Source of the DNA: Chiloscyllium plagiosum | Lineage: Eukaryota | DNA: 20,000 bases | Assembly: GCF_004010195.1 (NCBI RefSeq) | Contig: NC_057711.1 | Span: 82,004,724 to 82,024,723 of the forward strand | Direction: 5' to 3' | Program-made: the position numbers and the translations under genes | In this document: one piece after another, positions 1 to 12,930 of the stretch | Layout of the letters: every line of letters starts with the position of its first letter | How positions within the stretch are numbered: the stretch's first letter is position 1 | The notes under the pieces: generated by a model | Seen by the model: only the letters and a program-made list of their open reading frames with translations | The model's database searches: none | Told to the model about the DNA's origin: nothing

Positions 1-1503
1 TGGGCCTCCCATCCATACAAGGTGAAGCCAACATGTGAAACAGAAAACAAACACTGAATCCGTCCATTCCAGATGTGTTTGCAACCATTTTCCATTCAAA
101 ATCTGCATTTAGGTGGTGAGAGAACATGGAAAGCCACGCAGGTTGCACTTTGTATGATGAACTGCAGGCTCAGCTTGGTAAGCAAGAACCCCTCCCACCC
201 CTACAAACCTCCAAGCCTCTTTCTACTGGAACTTTCTGGATAGTCCTGATCCCCGACCTATTGCCAGCCACCATGTATTTTCAGACTGCAGGACTGACCA
301 TGGTCCACTCCCTAAATTGTAGTTAGGTGGACAACCTGACCCGAATTGCCCTAAGCAGAATGACTAACCATGCCCAAGCCCTTGACTGACCATTTGGGAC
401 CCACTTACTGACATCTTTCGACCTTTACTGGACTGAGGACTTGACAAGTCCCTGTGATTTTGGAATATGGCCATCTGGTTAAAGCACATGTCGCGTCCTT
501 GCAGCTGGCACATGCTGTAGTGAGATTGACTGCACCGTGCAATAACATGTCCACACCCCTGGCTCTTGACAACCATGACAAGCCACCTGGCTTTGTGTCT
601 GCTAAAAGGCAAGTCAAGACAAAAGTACTGTAAGCCTTTAAGGAGTGGCTGAGGGGTCATAAAACAGCAACACAGCGATGTTCTGAAGTCAGTACAAAGT
701 GAGCAAGCACGAAGAGAACAAGCAAGCAAGCCCTGAGCTGCACTTTGGTTGAAACCATGAGAATGTCCCTGCTTGTAAAGCATCCCTTGCAGCAACATTA
801 CAAATGAAAGGTGCTGGTGTGCTCTGAAGTATAAAACTAAAGAACAGGACCATACTGTAAGTGAACCATACTAGTTTCTACAGTTAGTCCTGCTAAACCT
901 GATCTCATTGATGTGCTCCACAGCTCCCTGTAAACTGGGGTATTTTCTTTCGATATAAAGCTTCAGTTTTAGACTGCTTCTTTTCTTTTTATTTTAGTTC
1001 CTCATTCACCTTTGTAAGCTGAGAGGAGCTATCCCCTAAAGACTTACGATGAAAGTGCATTCAAACAAAGAACAAAATACACCTCTTAAAGAGGTATATT
1101 TTGTTTTTTTTTTAATGATGAAAAATTGAGACAGAGGTGATGAACAATCTGCTCCAAAGCCACTGAAGTAAACAGCTGGTGAGGGATTTTTTTTTAAAGT
1201 TTGAATAATAGATGTAGCCTGAACGGGTGATGAATGGCTGTGATCATTAATTCAACAATTCTTTTTGCTAGCTCGGGATCGGACAAATCATGTAAACATG
1301 CCCTTTTTATCTTAATCTGTTCACAGTTGTCTATGGATAATGTAGGCTTCTGTCTAAAAAACATGAATTCTAATTGATGCATTTGTTTAATCTGACTTTA
1401 AATGGTCTTCTTTTGCAATTCATACCTTTTGGGGAGCTATTCACTCTTCTGTTGTTAATCCTTTACTGCTGCAGCTAGATGTACCTTTGCCACCAATTGC
1501 AAT

Positions 1504-1842
1504 GGGGCAGCATGGTGGCTCAGTAGGGGCAGGTACAGTGGCTTAGAGGTTAGCACTGCTACCTCATAACGCCAGGGACCCGGGTTCGAATCCAGCCTCA
1601 GGCAACTGTCTGTGTGGAGTTTGCACATTCTCCATGTGTCTGTGTGAGTTTCCTCCAGGTGCTCCGGTTTCCTCTCACATTTCAAAGATGTACAGGTTAG
1701 GCGAATTGGCCATGCTAAATTGTCCATAGTGTGTAGGTTATGGGTAAATGTAGGGGAATGGGTCTGGGTGGATTACTCTTCGGAGGGTTGATGTGGACTT
1801 GTTGGGCCAAAGGGCCTGTTTCCACAGTGGAGGGATTCTATG
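1504..1842 (+). mobile_element. HE1-like tRNA-derived V-SINE, moderately diverged, with a duplicated 5' head
   Basis: A-box-like gtggcttagagg, B-box ggttcgaatcc, V-domain gtgtggagtttgcacattctcc...ggtgctccggtttcctc, CR1-like tail gggccaaagggcctgtttcc. Colinear with the copy at 6399-6713. Confidence 0.9.
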
Positions 1843-2167
1843 GAAATCATAGTGTAATTAAGAGAAATAAACCATTATTTTTTCTGAAGTAGATAACTGC
1901 TTCTATAATGCTAACACACAGCGTAAAGGTGTCATGACAACACTTCAGAATCCCAAAGTATGATGGACACTTTTAGATTTTAATTCTGAAATGTGTTTTT
2001 TCAAAAGTGGGTTGTTATGGATTTAAAAAAAACTACAAATGCAAATTCAAACACTGGCTGGCAAAGTCTTGTGTGGAATCTATGGAATGTCACACCTGTA
2101 CAGTATCAGGGCAACTAAAATCAGAGATTAATGTAACAGGAGAAAATGACTCTGTCCCATTTCCTAC

Positions 2168-2294
2168 TTTCCTGATGAAGGGCTTATGCCCAAAATGTTG
2201 ATTCTCCTGCTCCTCGGATGCTGCCTGACCAGCTGTGCTTTTCCAGCACCACACTCTCAACTCTGACCTCCAGCATCTGCAGGCCTCACTTTCT
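2168..2294 (+). mobile_element. Penelope-like terminal-repeat-derived short element (family 1), single arm, decayed hammerhead motif
   Basis: CTGATGA-A-GGGC-TTAT-GCCC-AAAATGTT, versus GAAACGTC at 14468-14475 (differences are CpG-type transitions). The downstream gatgctgcctgacc...ccagcatctgcag is shared with 5743-5936 and 14334-14538. Confidence 0.8.
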
Positions 2295-2389
2295 ACTATT
2301 TCCCCTTTGTAGCAGAAACCAACCTCCTGCAGATATTCTTTGCATTTTGCCCTTCTGGGAACATACAAAAGAAACAGGTTAAAATCCAC

Positions 2390-3118
2390 TGTAACCCTCA
2401 TTTGTGTGCACTAATGGAAGGAGGTGTGCTAGTGGAAGGAGTGAACTGAGACACTTAGTGTGTGCTGTGAAGGTGAAATTCAACAACTCACCCATTAGTC
2501 AGTGGGTATGCCGTTAATCCATGCATTGCAAGAAAAAAAAGTCTCTAACACTGAATGCTGGAAGACAGCTAGTTAGCTAACGAGTCAAAAAGAACTGGGA
2601 CAATAGAAAGACTGTCTTGCTCTGACTGTTGCCAACCAACCACTGCCAAAAGGAAACAGGACAAAAGGATTTTAACTAATTTGAAAAAGCCAAGAATCAC
2701 AAAATCAACTCTTCAACTATTAACATTCTAATAACTATTTTTCATAGACCACTTAGAGAATCTAATCCATATATCTTCTAACCTCTTTCTTTCTTTGGAC
2801 TCCATTCTTATTCCTGATCTATGTGTTTGTGTATTATGTTACTATTTGTTTTCATGCTTAGTAACGAAAATATTCACTCTTTCTTTAAGAAAGCATGGTC
2901 AAGTTGGGTTCTTTTAAAACATAGATTCATTTGGTCTGGAAGATAGGCATCCACAGGGGAGGGATCTTTTTTAAACTGACTTCATTGAAATCAACCAAGG
3001 CATGGGTGAATAAAGAAGAGGGGCCAGGTCTTTCTTCCTCACCTGGAGGCTTAACAATTTGGGGTATCCAATCTGGACCTGTTATAACCTGGGGAACCTT
3101 GCCTAGGGTCTGGTCACA
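2390..3118 (+). mobile_element. Possible decayed LTR-like repeat
   Basis: Ends tgtaacc...ggtcaca form an imperfect TG..CA inverted pair. ttaaca-atttggggg near 3051-3065 resembles an LTR end followed by the start of a tRNA-Pro primer-binding site. No target-site duplication (TSD) found and the boundaries are uncertain. Confidence 0.3.
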
Positions 3119-3478
3119 ATAATAGATTAGCATAGAATTTGTGAAAAAAAAAATCCTTTCAAGGTGAGAAAAATATAACTATTGTACATATGTGTGGTTA
3201 TTATTGATTAAGATATTTCCTGAAACAATAAGTCTGAAATTAATCCAATTTTCTGATACTATATGCAGGTATGAGGAAAATTCTTCTTCCAGGCACAGGA
3301 CAGATGAAATCACAAGGAAACTGTTAAAGAATCATTCTCTATTCAGTATCACTGCCAACCATACCACAATTAATAAAAAAGCTACCCTCTTAAAATACAC
3401 AGTAAAAAGTTAAGAATGTTTGAGAATCATTTTTATTTTAATAATAAATATCAGAACAATCCAAAATACAGAAATTTA

Positions 3479-3667
<189 letters not shown>

Positions 3668-5179
3668 TCAATTGAATTGTAATTGTTGAACATTTCTAAA
3701 GAAATATGCATGTTATAACAATTGTTTTATCCGTTTTTCATAAATGAATTCCAGTGCACTGTAAAGCTAATATTTTGTTCATTCCACTGTAAACCGCATT
3801 GACATTCCAGAAATAAACCTCATAGCACTATATGCCTGTAAGTGTTCTACTAATTACTGCAATCATTTTCAGTATGCATTTGAAAACAACCTAACTTTTC
3901 CATAAAGTTTGCATGATCCATGGAGAAATGTTTTGCCACCAACAATACAAAATAATAAGCTGAACCAACATTCTTTCTGCTTGAAGATTTCTAAAATTGC
4001 AGTAGCAAGGACAGTTTCCATTAAAACTGCATGCTCAATCAGACAATAGTCACCACTGGTCTGACCATAAATACCACAGCCTTACCATTATTCTCTGCCA
4101 TCTGGTGCTTGTTTATCCATTAATGTCAAACTGTAAACAGTACCATCATCTAAACTTACCATGTGATTTATTTCCATCTGTTGGCCATTCCAAATGCTCC
4201 CTTAAAGGAGTCACTCGAAAAGCTCCCAGAGAAATACATAATTTATATTTTCATTGTTGAGATCGATGGGACTGAAAATCTAGTGACATATGTAATGCTC
4301 ACAGTATATTATTGCACAAAATCAAAATTACATTGCCTTCTATACAGATCATCTGACCCCAGGTTGTAATCCTCTTTCAATGCATCCTCTGCAGCACTTC
4401 CTCACCTGTATTAGGTTAGTGTTTTTCTTTATTTGCAGGAAATCAATACTCACTTCTCCCCTCCACACCATGCAAAAGTGGCCAAATATATTGGCATGTA
4501 ATTGAGAGAATTACTGCAAAAGTTTAAATTCAAGGGGCCAAATTTTCATTTGGATATTGAGGCATAATTTGGGGTGTTAATAGCCATTAATTTATTTTTC
4601 ATGGAAATCTACTTTTCTTCTGAATTCTTGAGGACCAACCTGCACTTCTGCTGACTGGGAACACCTCGAGCCAGGTTTTAGCTACCATGGTATGTTGTTC
4701 ATAGACAAAAATTTCCCAATTCCCCAAATTTACCTCAGTATAAATTAAAACCAACTTCTGCTCCAAGGGATGGGGGGGGTGAGATTTCTGGGAACAGGTA
4801 CAGCCAAGCTGGCTGACTCCAGATGTAGATGTTGGTGGCCACAAGGCTAAAGAATGTTGAGGCAGGTTGGTTAGAAAACCCACTCTAGCACTCTGGAACT
4901 TTGTCCCAGTTGTATTAGAAGATTCCATGTCCATTTACTTAATATGTTCGATTTGCATAACTAATAAACCATCTAATAACAATGGCAAGACAACATCCAT
5001 TCGCAAATATCCGTTTTTTTTTTTAAATTGACAACTTTATACATTGTAGGAACAGCAAGCAGACAAATAACCAAAATATCAATATTAGAGGCTTGAAATG
5101 CTGGACACTTCCTTAAGATTGTCCAAACAAACACTATGAGATTTACAAAAGCGAACATAGTAAGGGGAACTTAGTATAA

Positions 5180-5412
5180 CCAGTATCTTCCAACTCCATG
5201 ACCACCACTATCTAGAAGAACAAGGACAGCAGATACAATGGGAACACCATCACATCCAGTTTCCCGAACAAGCCATTTAACATCCGGACTGGAAATATAT
5301 TGCTGCTCCCTCATCTCACTGGATCAAAATCTGGGACCTCCCTCACAAATGGCTTTGTGAGTCTACCTACAGCAAATGGACTGTAGTGGTTCAAGAAGGC
5401 ACCTCATCACCA
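5180..5412 (+). mobile_element. 3' fragment of a CR1/L2-group non-LTR retrotransposon
   Basis: Colinear with 12630-12850 (aaggacagcagatac, tcaaaatct, ttcaagaagg(c/t)a(c/g)ctca). The family assignment is from recall only. Confidence 0.7.
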
Positions 5413-5489
5413 GAGGTGAAAGACTTATTTTCTTCCCCAAGGAATGCCGGAGATAAATAGCAGCAAATCAATGAAAGTAGACAGGCAGC

Positions 5490-6365
5490 TACACCAAGCA
5501 ATTAGGAAGGCAAATAGAATATTGACCCTCATACCAAGAGAATTTGAGTTCAGAAGGAGGGATGATTATTACAGTTTTACAGGACCTTGGTGAGACAACA
5601 TCTAGGATATTGCCTACAGTTTTAGTCTCCCTACTTAAAAAGGACATACTTGCCAAAAAATGAGTGCAGTGGAAGTTTACAGGCCGATACCAGGAATCGT
5701 AGGACTCTCCTACAAGGAGAGATTGGCTCAACTCGGCCTATGCGAAAGTGAGGACTGTAGATACTGGAGATTAGAGTCAAAGGTGTGATGCTGGAAAAGC
5801 ACAGCCAGTCAGGCAGCATCCGAGGAACAGCAGAATCAATGTTTTGGGTTTCTTGATCAAGGGTTTTTGCCCGAAACGTTGATTCCCCTGCTTCTCAGAT
5901 GCTGCCTGACCAGCTGTGCTTTTCCAGCACCACACTCTCAACTAGGCCGATGTTCATTACAGTTTAGAGTTTAGAAGGATGAGAGGGGATCTGACAGAAA
6001 CATAAAATTGTAACAGGGCTAGACAGATTAAATGCAGGGAGGATGTTTTCCTTGACTGAGGAGTCTAGAGTCCAGGGACACGGTTGCAGGATACAAGGTA
6101 GACTATTTAGGTCTCAGATGACAAAACATTTCTTCACTCAAAGGGTAATGAATCTATGGAATTCTCTACTGTAAAAGGTTGTAGAGGCCAAGTCACTAAA
6201 TACATTCTAGAAGTAGACATTTTTCTTTTAGATTTAAAGACATTAAGTGGTATAGCGAGAAAGCAGGAATGTGGCATTGAAATGGAGATTCGGCCATGGT
6301 CATATTGAGTTGTGGAGCAGGCTCAAAAGGTCGAATGGCCTATTCCTGCTTCTAATTTCTATGTT
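5490..6365 (+). mobile_element. Decayed CR1/HER1 LINE 3' end (ORF2 C-terminus plus 3' UTR), interrupted at 5743-5936
   Basis: Peptide remnants such as IRKANRILTLIPREFEFR are homologous to ORF 15401-15832. 3' end gaatggcctattcctgct followed by a ttctatg-like tail. Confidence 0.88.
5743..5936. mobile_element. Fold-back Penelope-like-derived short element (family 1) with a degenerate hammerhead motif and ~16 bp TSD
   Basis: Imperfect inverted arms. TSD ctcaactcggcctatg (5727-5742) / ctcaactaggccgatg (5937-5952), 14 of 16 identical. Core reads TTGATCA-A-GGGT-TTTT-GCCC-GAAACGTT. Confidence 0.85.
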
Positions 6366-6398
6366 ATTGCATGTGTAGCTGAATGATTGCATCTTAGT

Positions 6399-6713
6399 GG
6401 GCGGCACGGTGGCACAGTGGTTAGCACTGCTGCCTCACAGCGCCAGAGACCCGGGTTCAATTCCCGCCTCAGGCGACTGACTGTGTGGAGTTTGCACGTT
6501 CTCCCCGTGTCTGCGTGGTTTTCCTCCGGGTGCTCCGGTTTCCTCCCACAGTCCAAAGATGTGCAGGTCAGGTGAATTGGCCATGCTAAATTGCCCGTAG
6601 TGTTAGGTAAGGGGTACATGTAGGGGTATGGGTGGGTTGCGCTTCGGCGGGGCGGTGTGGACTTGTTGGGCCGAAGGGCCTGTTTCCACACTGTAATGTA
6701 ATCTAATCTAATC
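6399..6713 (+). mobile_element. Young HE1-like tRNA-derived V-SINE
   Basis: A box tggcacagtgg, B box ggttcaattcc, V-domain, CpGs retained, CR1-like tail gggccgaagggcctgt and a (taatc)n end. Possible short TSD atctta (6391-6396 / 6711-6716). Confidence 0.95.
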
Positions 6714-8032
6714 TTAATTCCTACACTGCACAAAAATGGTTAACAAGGATGATGAGATGATGAGAAAAAGTGACCAACTTCACAAGAACAATAGCCCACT
6801 GTACAAGGCAGAACCAAACATTGCTCATTAAGCAGGATTCTCAAGGTAAGGACTGCTAAAAGGCTACTTGACCATCATGGCTGTCAAGGCTACTAAATTA
6901 AGGACAGAAGGCAAGACAATGAAACAGGTGTATCTTGCCTGTCAGAACCTCAGATGGATTACCTTATAGGGTCCTGTGAGGGAATCAAACTTTCTGGAAT
7001 TTGCAAGAGAAAAACATATAAAAATAAGTGCTTGGAAAAGATCATCAGCATAACCTAGGAACAATTATTGCAGAGGCAGGATCCTGAGTTCAGGGAAGAA
7101 GGACCGATACAGCTGATTGACTGAAGCTTGGCCAGCTAACCCTCAGTGTGGGTAGCACCCAAGTTCAGATGAAGATTCAGCCTAAGACATTGTACAAAGT
7201 ATGCCTACCGACTGCCTCTCATTATAATAATACACCCTCATATTTCTCCGTTGCAACTTTATGCCTGATGTCACTTCTGTTGGAATGACTGGAAGTGGCC
7301 TTTGCAGGCAGAATGACAGAAAAATAGCTACAATCTGCTCTTTAATTTTCTTCTACCAATTCAAATAACCTCTTACAACTCCAATTACATCTCTACACTC
7401 TGCCTCCTCCCGCTCCAGTCCCTTCTGTCATATAACTTATCAAGCCAAATGAGTGGTGTTGTGCCATTCCATTCAACAGTGCATTCCACACTGTCAGCAT
7501 TTTCTATGTATAGATGCATTTCTTCCATGGATCTATTACTGATTGTTATATCCCATACTACCCACACCACTATTCTGAACTCACCCACAAGTGAAAATAT
7601 TTTCTGCAAAATAACAGAAATTAAAATTTTAAATGTTCCAAACATAAATTAATTAATTGTGAGCTGACTGAATCACCTCCTGAATCCACAAACTTTAGTT
7701 ATTTCTTGTGCCTCATGGTCAGTGTCTCAGTGCCTCAGTGAGCAGATTAAAAAAACTGTCAGCAACTTCATCACTCACCGCTCTCTCACTGTAAGTTCCC
7801 ATCAGAAGGAAGTGAAAATGTTGCTCAGACTCTCTAAGGGCTCCACAAAAGTTTTAACCCAATGAAGGTGCGTTGCTGCCTCACACAGAAAAGCTGTTTA
7901 GTATCACTAACATTACACACATGTTCTTTCCGTGAGAAAGAACAGTGCCCTACTAACTGATATATTTAGCTTCCAGTAGACCAGCAATCCTACATTGGTT
8001 ATCAGCATAATTCCTCTGCCCTCTCGATAATT

Positions 8033-8228
8033 ATGATGTGGAGGTGCTGGTGTTGGACTGGGACAGAAAAAGTCTGGAGTCACATGACACCAGGTTATAG
8101 TCCAATAGGTTTATTTGAAATCACAAGCTTTCTTGTGACTTCAACCAATGAAAGAGCAGAGCTTCATAAACTTGTGATTTCAAATAAACCTGTTTGACTA
8201 TGACCTTGTGTTGTGAGACCTCTGGTTC
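8033..8228. mobile_element. Fold-back Penelope-like-derived short element (family 2), decayed hammerhead motif
   Basis: Inverted arms at about 8083-8132 and 8168-8216 (ggtttatttgaaatcacaag / cttgtgatttcaaataaacc). Homologous to 8371-8490. Confidence 0.8.
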
Positions 8229-8232
8229 TACG

Positions 8233-8297
8233 TAATTAGGGATGGCCACTAAATGCTGGCATGGCTAGCAATGCCTGTATCATAAAAGAATAAAAAT
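8233..8297 (+). mobile_element. Extreme 3' tail of the non-LTR family seen at 12550-12930
   Basis: aattagggatggccactaaatgctggc...gaataaaaa aligns with 12864-12928. Confidence 0.55.
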
Positions 8298-9015
8298 AAC
8301 CACAAGATTATGGAGCAAATGTTGTACTTTTAATGTCATTGGGCCTGTTTCAATGCCAACAAAATAGGTGTTGAGGTACCAGTGTAGAACTGGGGTGGAC
8401 GAAGTTAAAAATCACAACACCAGGTTATAATCCAACAGGTTTATTTGAAAATCACAAGTTTATGAAGCTCTGCTCCTTCATCAGGTAGCTGTGGAGCAGG
8501 ATCATAGGACACAGAATTTATAGCAAAATATCAGTGTCATACAACATCAATATCTTGCTGTTAAGTCTGGGTAAGATGAAAGACATAACAGAAATCTAGG
8601 TTTGTTCAATATATCGCATCAGTTGTATGACACTGATATTTTGCTTTAAATTCTGTGTCCTATGATCCTGCTCCACAGCTACCTGATGAAAGGAGCTACG
8701 TTCCAAAAGCTAGTACTTCCAAATATAGAGGAACCTCGCTTATCCAAATACCAATTATCCGAAAGAGATCTCGAGATCCCGATAGAAACATTACATCAAA
8801 GACATGTTTCCAACTGTGATCACATCTTTTGTTTACAGTGATTAAACAGGCACCGGCTCCAAATGACTGACCTCCCGCCCCCTCTCTCTCCCCACACTTT
8901 CCCTGGAGTTCTATAGAGAGGTGTACCCAAAACCCCTCCACCCACTTCCCCAGGGAATCTCTCTAACATTGTCCTATACAGGGCAAACATGGAGCCTCTC
9001 GAAAAGTTGCAGTAA

Positions 9016-9443
<428 letters not shown>

Positions 9444-9586
9444 TCGCACGCTATTTGGAGACTTACCCCACAAAGGCAACTGCAGCAGCAGTCTTGTTGT
9501 TGGCGTCCAGTCTGGCTGCCCTGAAGAGGGGATGGGGGGCAGGGGTGGACAGGGTTTGGGGGCGGGGTGGGGGCAGGAACGGTGTT

Positions 9587-9778
9587 NNNNNNNNNNNNNN
9601 NNNNNNNNNNNNNNNNNNNNNNNNNNNNNNNNNNNNNNNNNNNNNNNNNNNNNNNNNNNNNNNNNNNNNNNNNNNNNNNNNNNNNNNNNNNNNNNNNNNN
9701 NNNNNNNNNNNNNNNNNNNNNNNNNNNNNNNNNNNNNNNNNNNNNNNNNNNNNNNNNNNNNNNNNNNNNNNNNNNNNN
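9587..9778. other. Assembly gap (192 N)
   Basis: Run of N flanked by G-rich sequence. Confidence 0.99.
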
Positions 9779-10189
9779 GGATGGGGGTAGTGTTGGGGGC
9801 CCGGCGCACATGCTGTGTGCTGCTGCAGTCTCCTGAATGGGGAGCAGACTTTAAAAACTCCGAGCCCCAGAGGAAAGGCATTTAGTCAATTAACCGAATA
9901 ATCAATTATCCAAACGAAATAGTGCCCGCCCATCTCGTTCAGATAATCGAGGTTCCCCTGTAAACCTGTTGGACTATAACTTGGTGTTATATGGTTTTTA
10001 ACAAAATAGGTGACAGGCGTTCTCTTGTTCATTCCTTAGGGGAATACCTTGATGAATCATAGTTAATCTGCATTGTGCAAGATTTAAACAAGCTTAGCTG
10101 TTAATTGTCAGACAATAGAAACTAGTGCATTCACCATTGGAATGCTTTTACACATTTAATTGTGGCTTTCAAAATGAAATAAAAAATGG

Positions 10190-10348
10190 AATTGGATAAT
10201 TACCAGGAGGAAGATGGGGAAGTGGTGGGGGAATGAATTCAGGGATATGGAGGAAAAGCAGGGCATTGGAACTAGCTAAATTGCAGAGATTTAGTAAGAA
10301 TTTAATCATCAAAGTGATTTCCTTCTGCTTTGTAACTATTGTATCATT
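10190..10348 (+). mobile_element. Highly decayed CR1-type 3' UTR fragment
   Basis: cagggatatggaggaaaagcaggg...ccttctgctttgtaac resembles the CR1 3' ends at 6245-6360 and 15900-16000. Confidence 0.5.
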
Positions 10349-10683
10349 TTAATTTACTGGAGTGTAATACTTATGCAATGGAAATTTTTGCATTGGCATT
10401 ACTCTTATTTTTTGAATGATTTGGTTATTTGTACTTATGTCCTTGCGGCAGTAGTGGAAACAGCATACATCAATTCATCCATTATTTTCATATTCAACAA
10501 TATTCGACAAATAAATAGGTGCATAAAATGCAAACTATTGTTGCAATTAAAAGACAAATAAAAAGGATAAATATCACTTTAGAATATTTGATCAATTTAA
10601 TTAGATGGGTGACATTCGGTTTAAAAACCACTTTTACAAGATTGTAATGTACGTGAATTCTAATAATGTGTGTAACTGCATCA

Positions 10684-10842
<159 letters not shown>

Positions 10843-11556
10843 TCATTATTAAAAAGCCTGCACAACAGACCTGATTTTAACATTAACTCCACTTCCTGGC
10901 ACAAAGGCTGCACTGAGAGGAGAATCAAACTCAACTTTGGGGAGTAACTCAACCAACCAAAAACTTCCTATAAATATTCCATTGCCTGGATGAACCCAGC
11001 CAAGTCCTACTGTATTGTCCTGGATAAGTCTTTAGATGTATGGTGGCCTGCTGTATGCTAGGCAATGAGGACATTTTGAAGGATCAAGCAAGCCAGCCAC
11101 CACAGGAACAAGATGAAGAAAGAGTTGTTGAAGAGGGTAATGGGGAAGACCAAGTCTGGATTAAGATTCCACCCATGTGTTCAGAAGAGAGAGAGATTGT
11201 TTGATCTGTATCATCTCAACTATCATTCCTACGGGTGGAAAGGCTATGGGTGGAATCTTACCTTTTTTTGGCAAAGTGCAGGCTGAGTCAGATTTGGTGG
11301 AGTGATTCTTGCTGCAAGGCTGAGTAGGTTTCCTCATTGTATTTTACCAAACTCACCACTTTAATTGCAGTTTGCATCTCATGGCGAGAATCGCACACTA
11401 TTTCCACCCCATTTAACACTCACCAATCCCCAGCAGAGATCCCAGGATTGACCAATATCCTTGGTGATGACGCCATGTTTAAATGGCCTTTGTGCACCTG
11501 GACAAGCATGGTTAGTTAAGAGCTGCCTTGCATGGTTCCTGATATTTATCCCAGAC

Positions 11557-11754
11557 ATGGCAACAGGAGGAAATTGATGGTGGATGGGACGGTGCACAGC
11601 AGGATGCTGTCTTCCCTCAGGAGTAGCAGTGGAGACCACACACCAGACAATGCCAACATTGTCTGAGAATGCCACCCATACAGAAGCAGTCTCAGTTATC
11701 TGGAGGAATGCCCAGTGATGTATGAAGAAAAGCAATATCCTTAGAATCATAAAG
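11557..11754 (+). pseudogene. Decayed Myb/SANT-like DNA-binding gene of a PIF/Harbinger transposon
   Basis: Frameshifted translation LMVDGTV/DAVFPQE*QWRP/HQTMPTLSENATHTEAVSVIWRNAQ*CMKKSNIL resembles the Harbinger Myb pattern L...V....LFP...W..VA..VSA....R...QCRKK.NDL. The surrounding 11250-12510 is probably element-derived. Confidence 0.55.
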
Positions 11755-12549
11755 GTACACATACCTTGGTGGATGGAGAGCTGCAAGTGGTGTCAGAGAC
11801 AGGGAGTGGAGATAATCATGAAGTGTCACAGCAAGCAATATATGGTCCATGATAAGGTTCAGTTTTCTCACATGCAGCAGGACCCTGATTTTAAGAGTAA
11901 ATAGGGTTCCAATCCCACACATGCCAGCAGCAAGTTCAGTGGCACAATTCTCCAGCTAGAACGCAAGTCTTCTCATTGGCCTGGCAGCACTAGTTAGCCA
12001 ATCAGATGGCCAGCAGCTTTGAAGTTTCAGTAGCCTCACCAGGTGGTGTGGGTGCTGTTGAGGCTGATTAAGAGCTGCAAAGTGCCTCAATAAGTCAGCA
12101 CAGAACACTCTCAAAGCCAGTATCATCATTGAAGTGAATGGAAAGCCTCTCAGTATGACCACAGTTGCAGCATTTAATCCATATTATCCATAATCCATCT
12201 TATCATTGGGGAATGGAGACTCTGACTCCAATATCCCATTAGTTTGCCACAGAGAGGCCATCTCAATGATCTGCTGCTCTGTTGATGTGGGGAACATTCC
12301 ACTGGTGGGAATGTTCCTCCAATACATAAAATTACCACAGAAATTGCCTGCCAGCCAGTCTAGAGTAGGCAGTAAAACTAGCTACTAGACCAACAATTTC
12401 AATGTTCCCTGGGTTCAGGAATAAATCAAGAATCTATCCAATGCTCCTCCCGGCTATTTTCCCACCCCTACAAATCACTTTAAACCACTGCAACCAGGAA
12501 AATCCAATCCATTCAGCAGAATTTCATATTTAAAAGCAGCTTACATCCA

Positions 12550-12930
12550 TAAACATCCACTCTCTCAATAGCAGCAGTGTGTACTAACTATAAGATACAG
12601 TGCAGAAATTCAACAACAATCCTTTGACAGTACCTTCCAAACTCATTACCGCTATTATCTACAAGGAAAAGGACAGCAGATACACCATCACCCGCATAAT
12701 CCTCTCCAACCTTTCATCAACCTGACTTGGAAACATATCACCATTCCTTCAGTTTATTGGGTCAAAATCTTGGAATTCCCTCCCAAAAGGCATTGCGCAT
12801 CTAGCTAAAGCACATGAACGGCAGCAGTTTAAGAAGGTAGCTCACCATCAACTTATCAAATGCAACTGGGGATAGGCAATAAATACTGGTTCAGTCAGTG
12901 ATGTCAACATTCCTTGTGTGAATAAAAGGA
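12550..12930 (+). mobile_element. 3' end of a CR1/L2-group non-LTR retrotransposon
   Basis: Peptide remnants NIHSL/IAAVCTNYKIQCRNS, homology to 5180-5412, and an ending gaataaaagg. Confidence 0.72.

Noticed and set aside
126..200. CTLYDELQAQLG followed by gtaagc, resembling the CPFYEELDAILG motif of Myb/SANT-like proteins
   Set aside because: The match is too short, with no supporting upstream motif; it may be transposon-derived or chance.
4154..4275. Strong minus-strand donor ATG|GTAAGT suggesting an extra FRMD3 exon
   Set aside because: The flanking exons already join into a contiguous FERM sequence and no homologous peptide is seen. A cryptic exon cannot be supported without RNA data.
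6399..6470. tRNA gene
   Set aside because: The A and B boxes belong to a SINE head that continues into the V-domain and a LINE-like tail.
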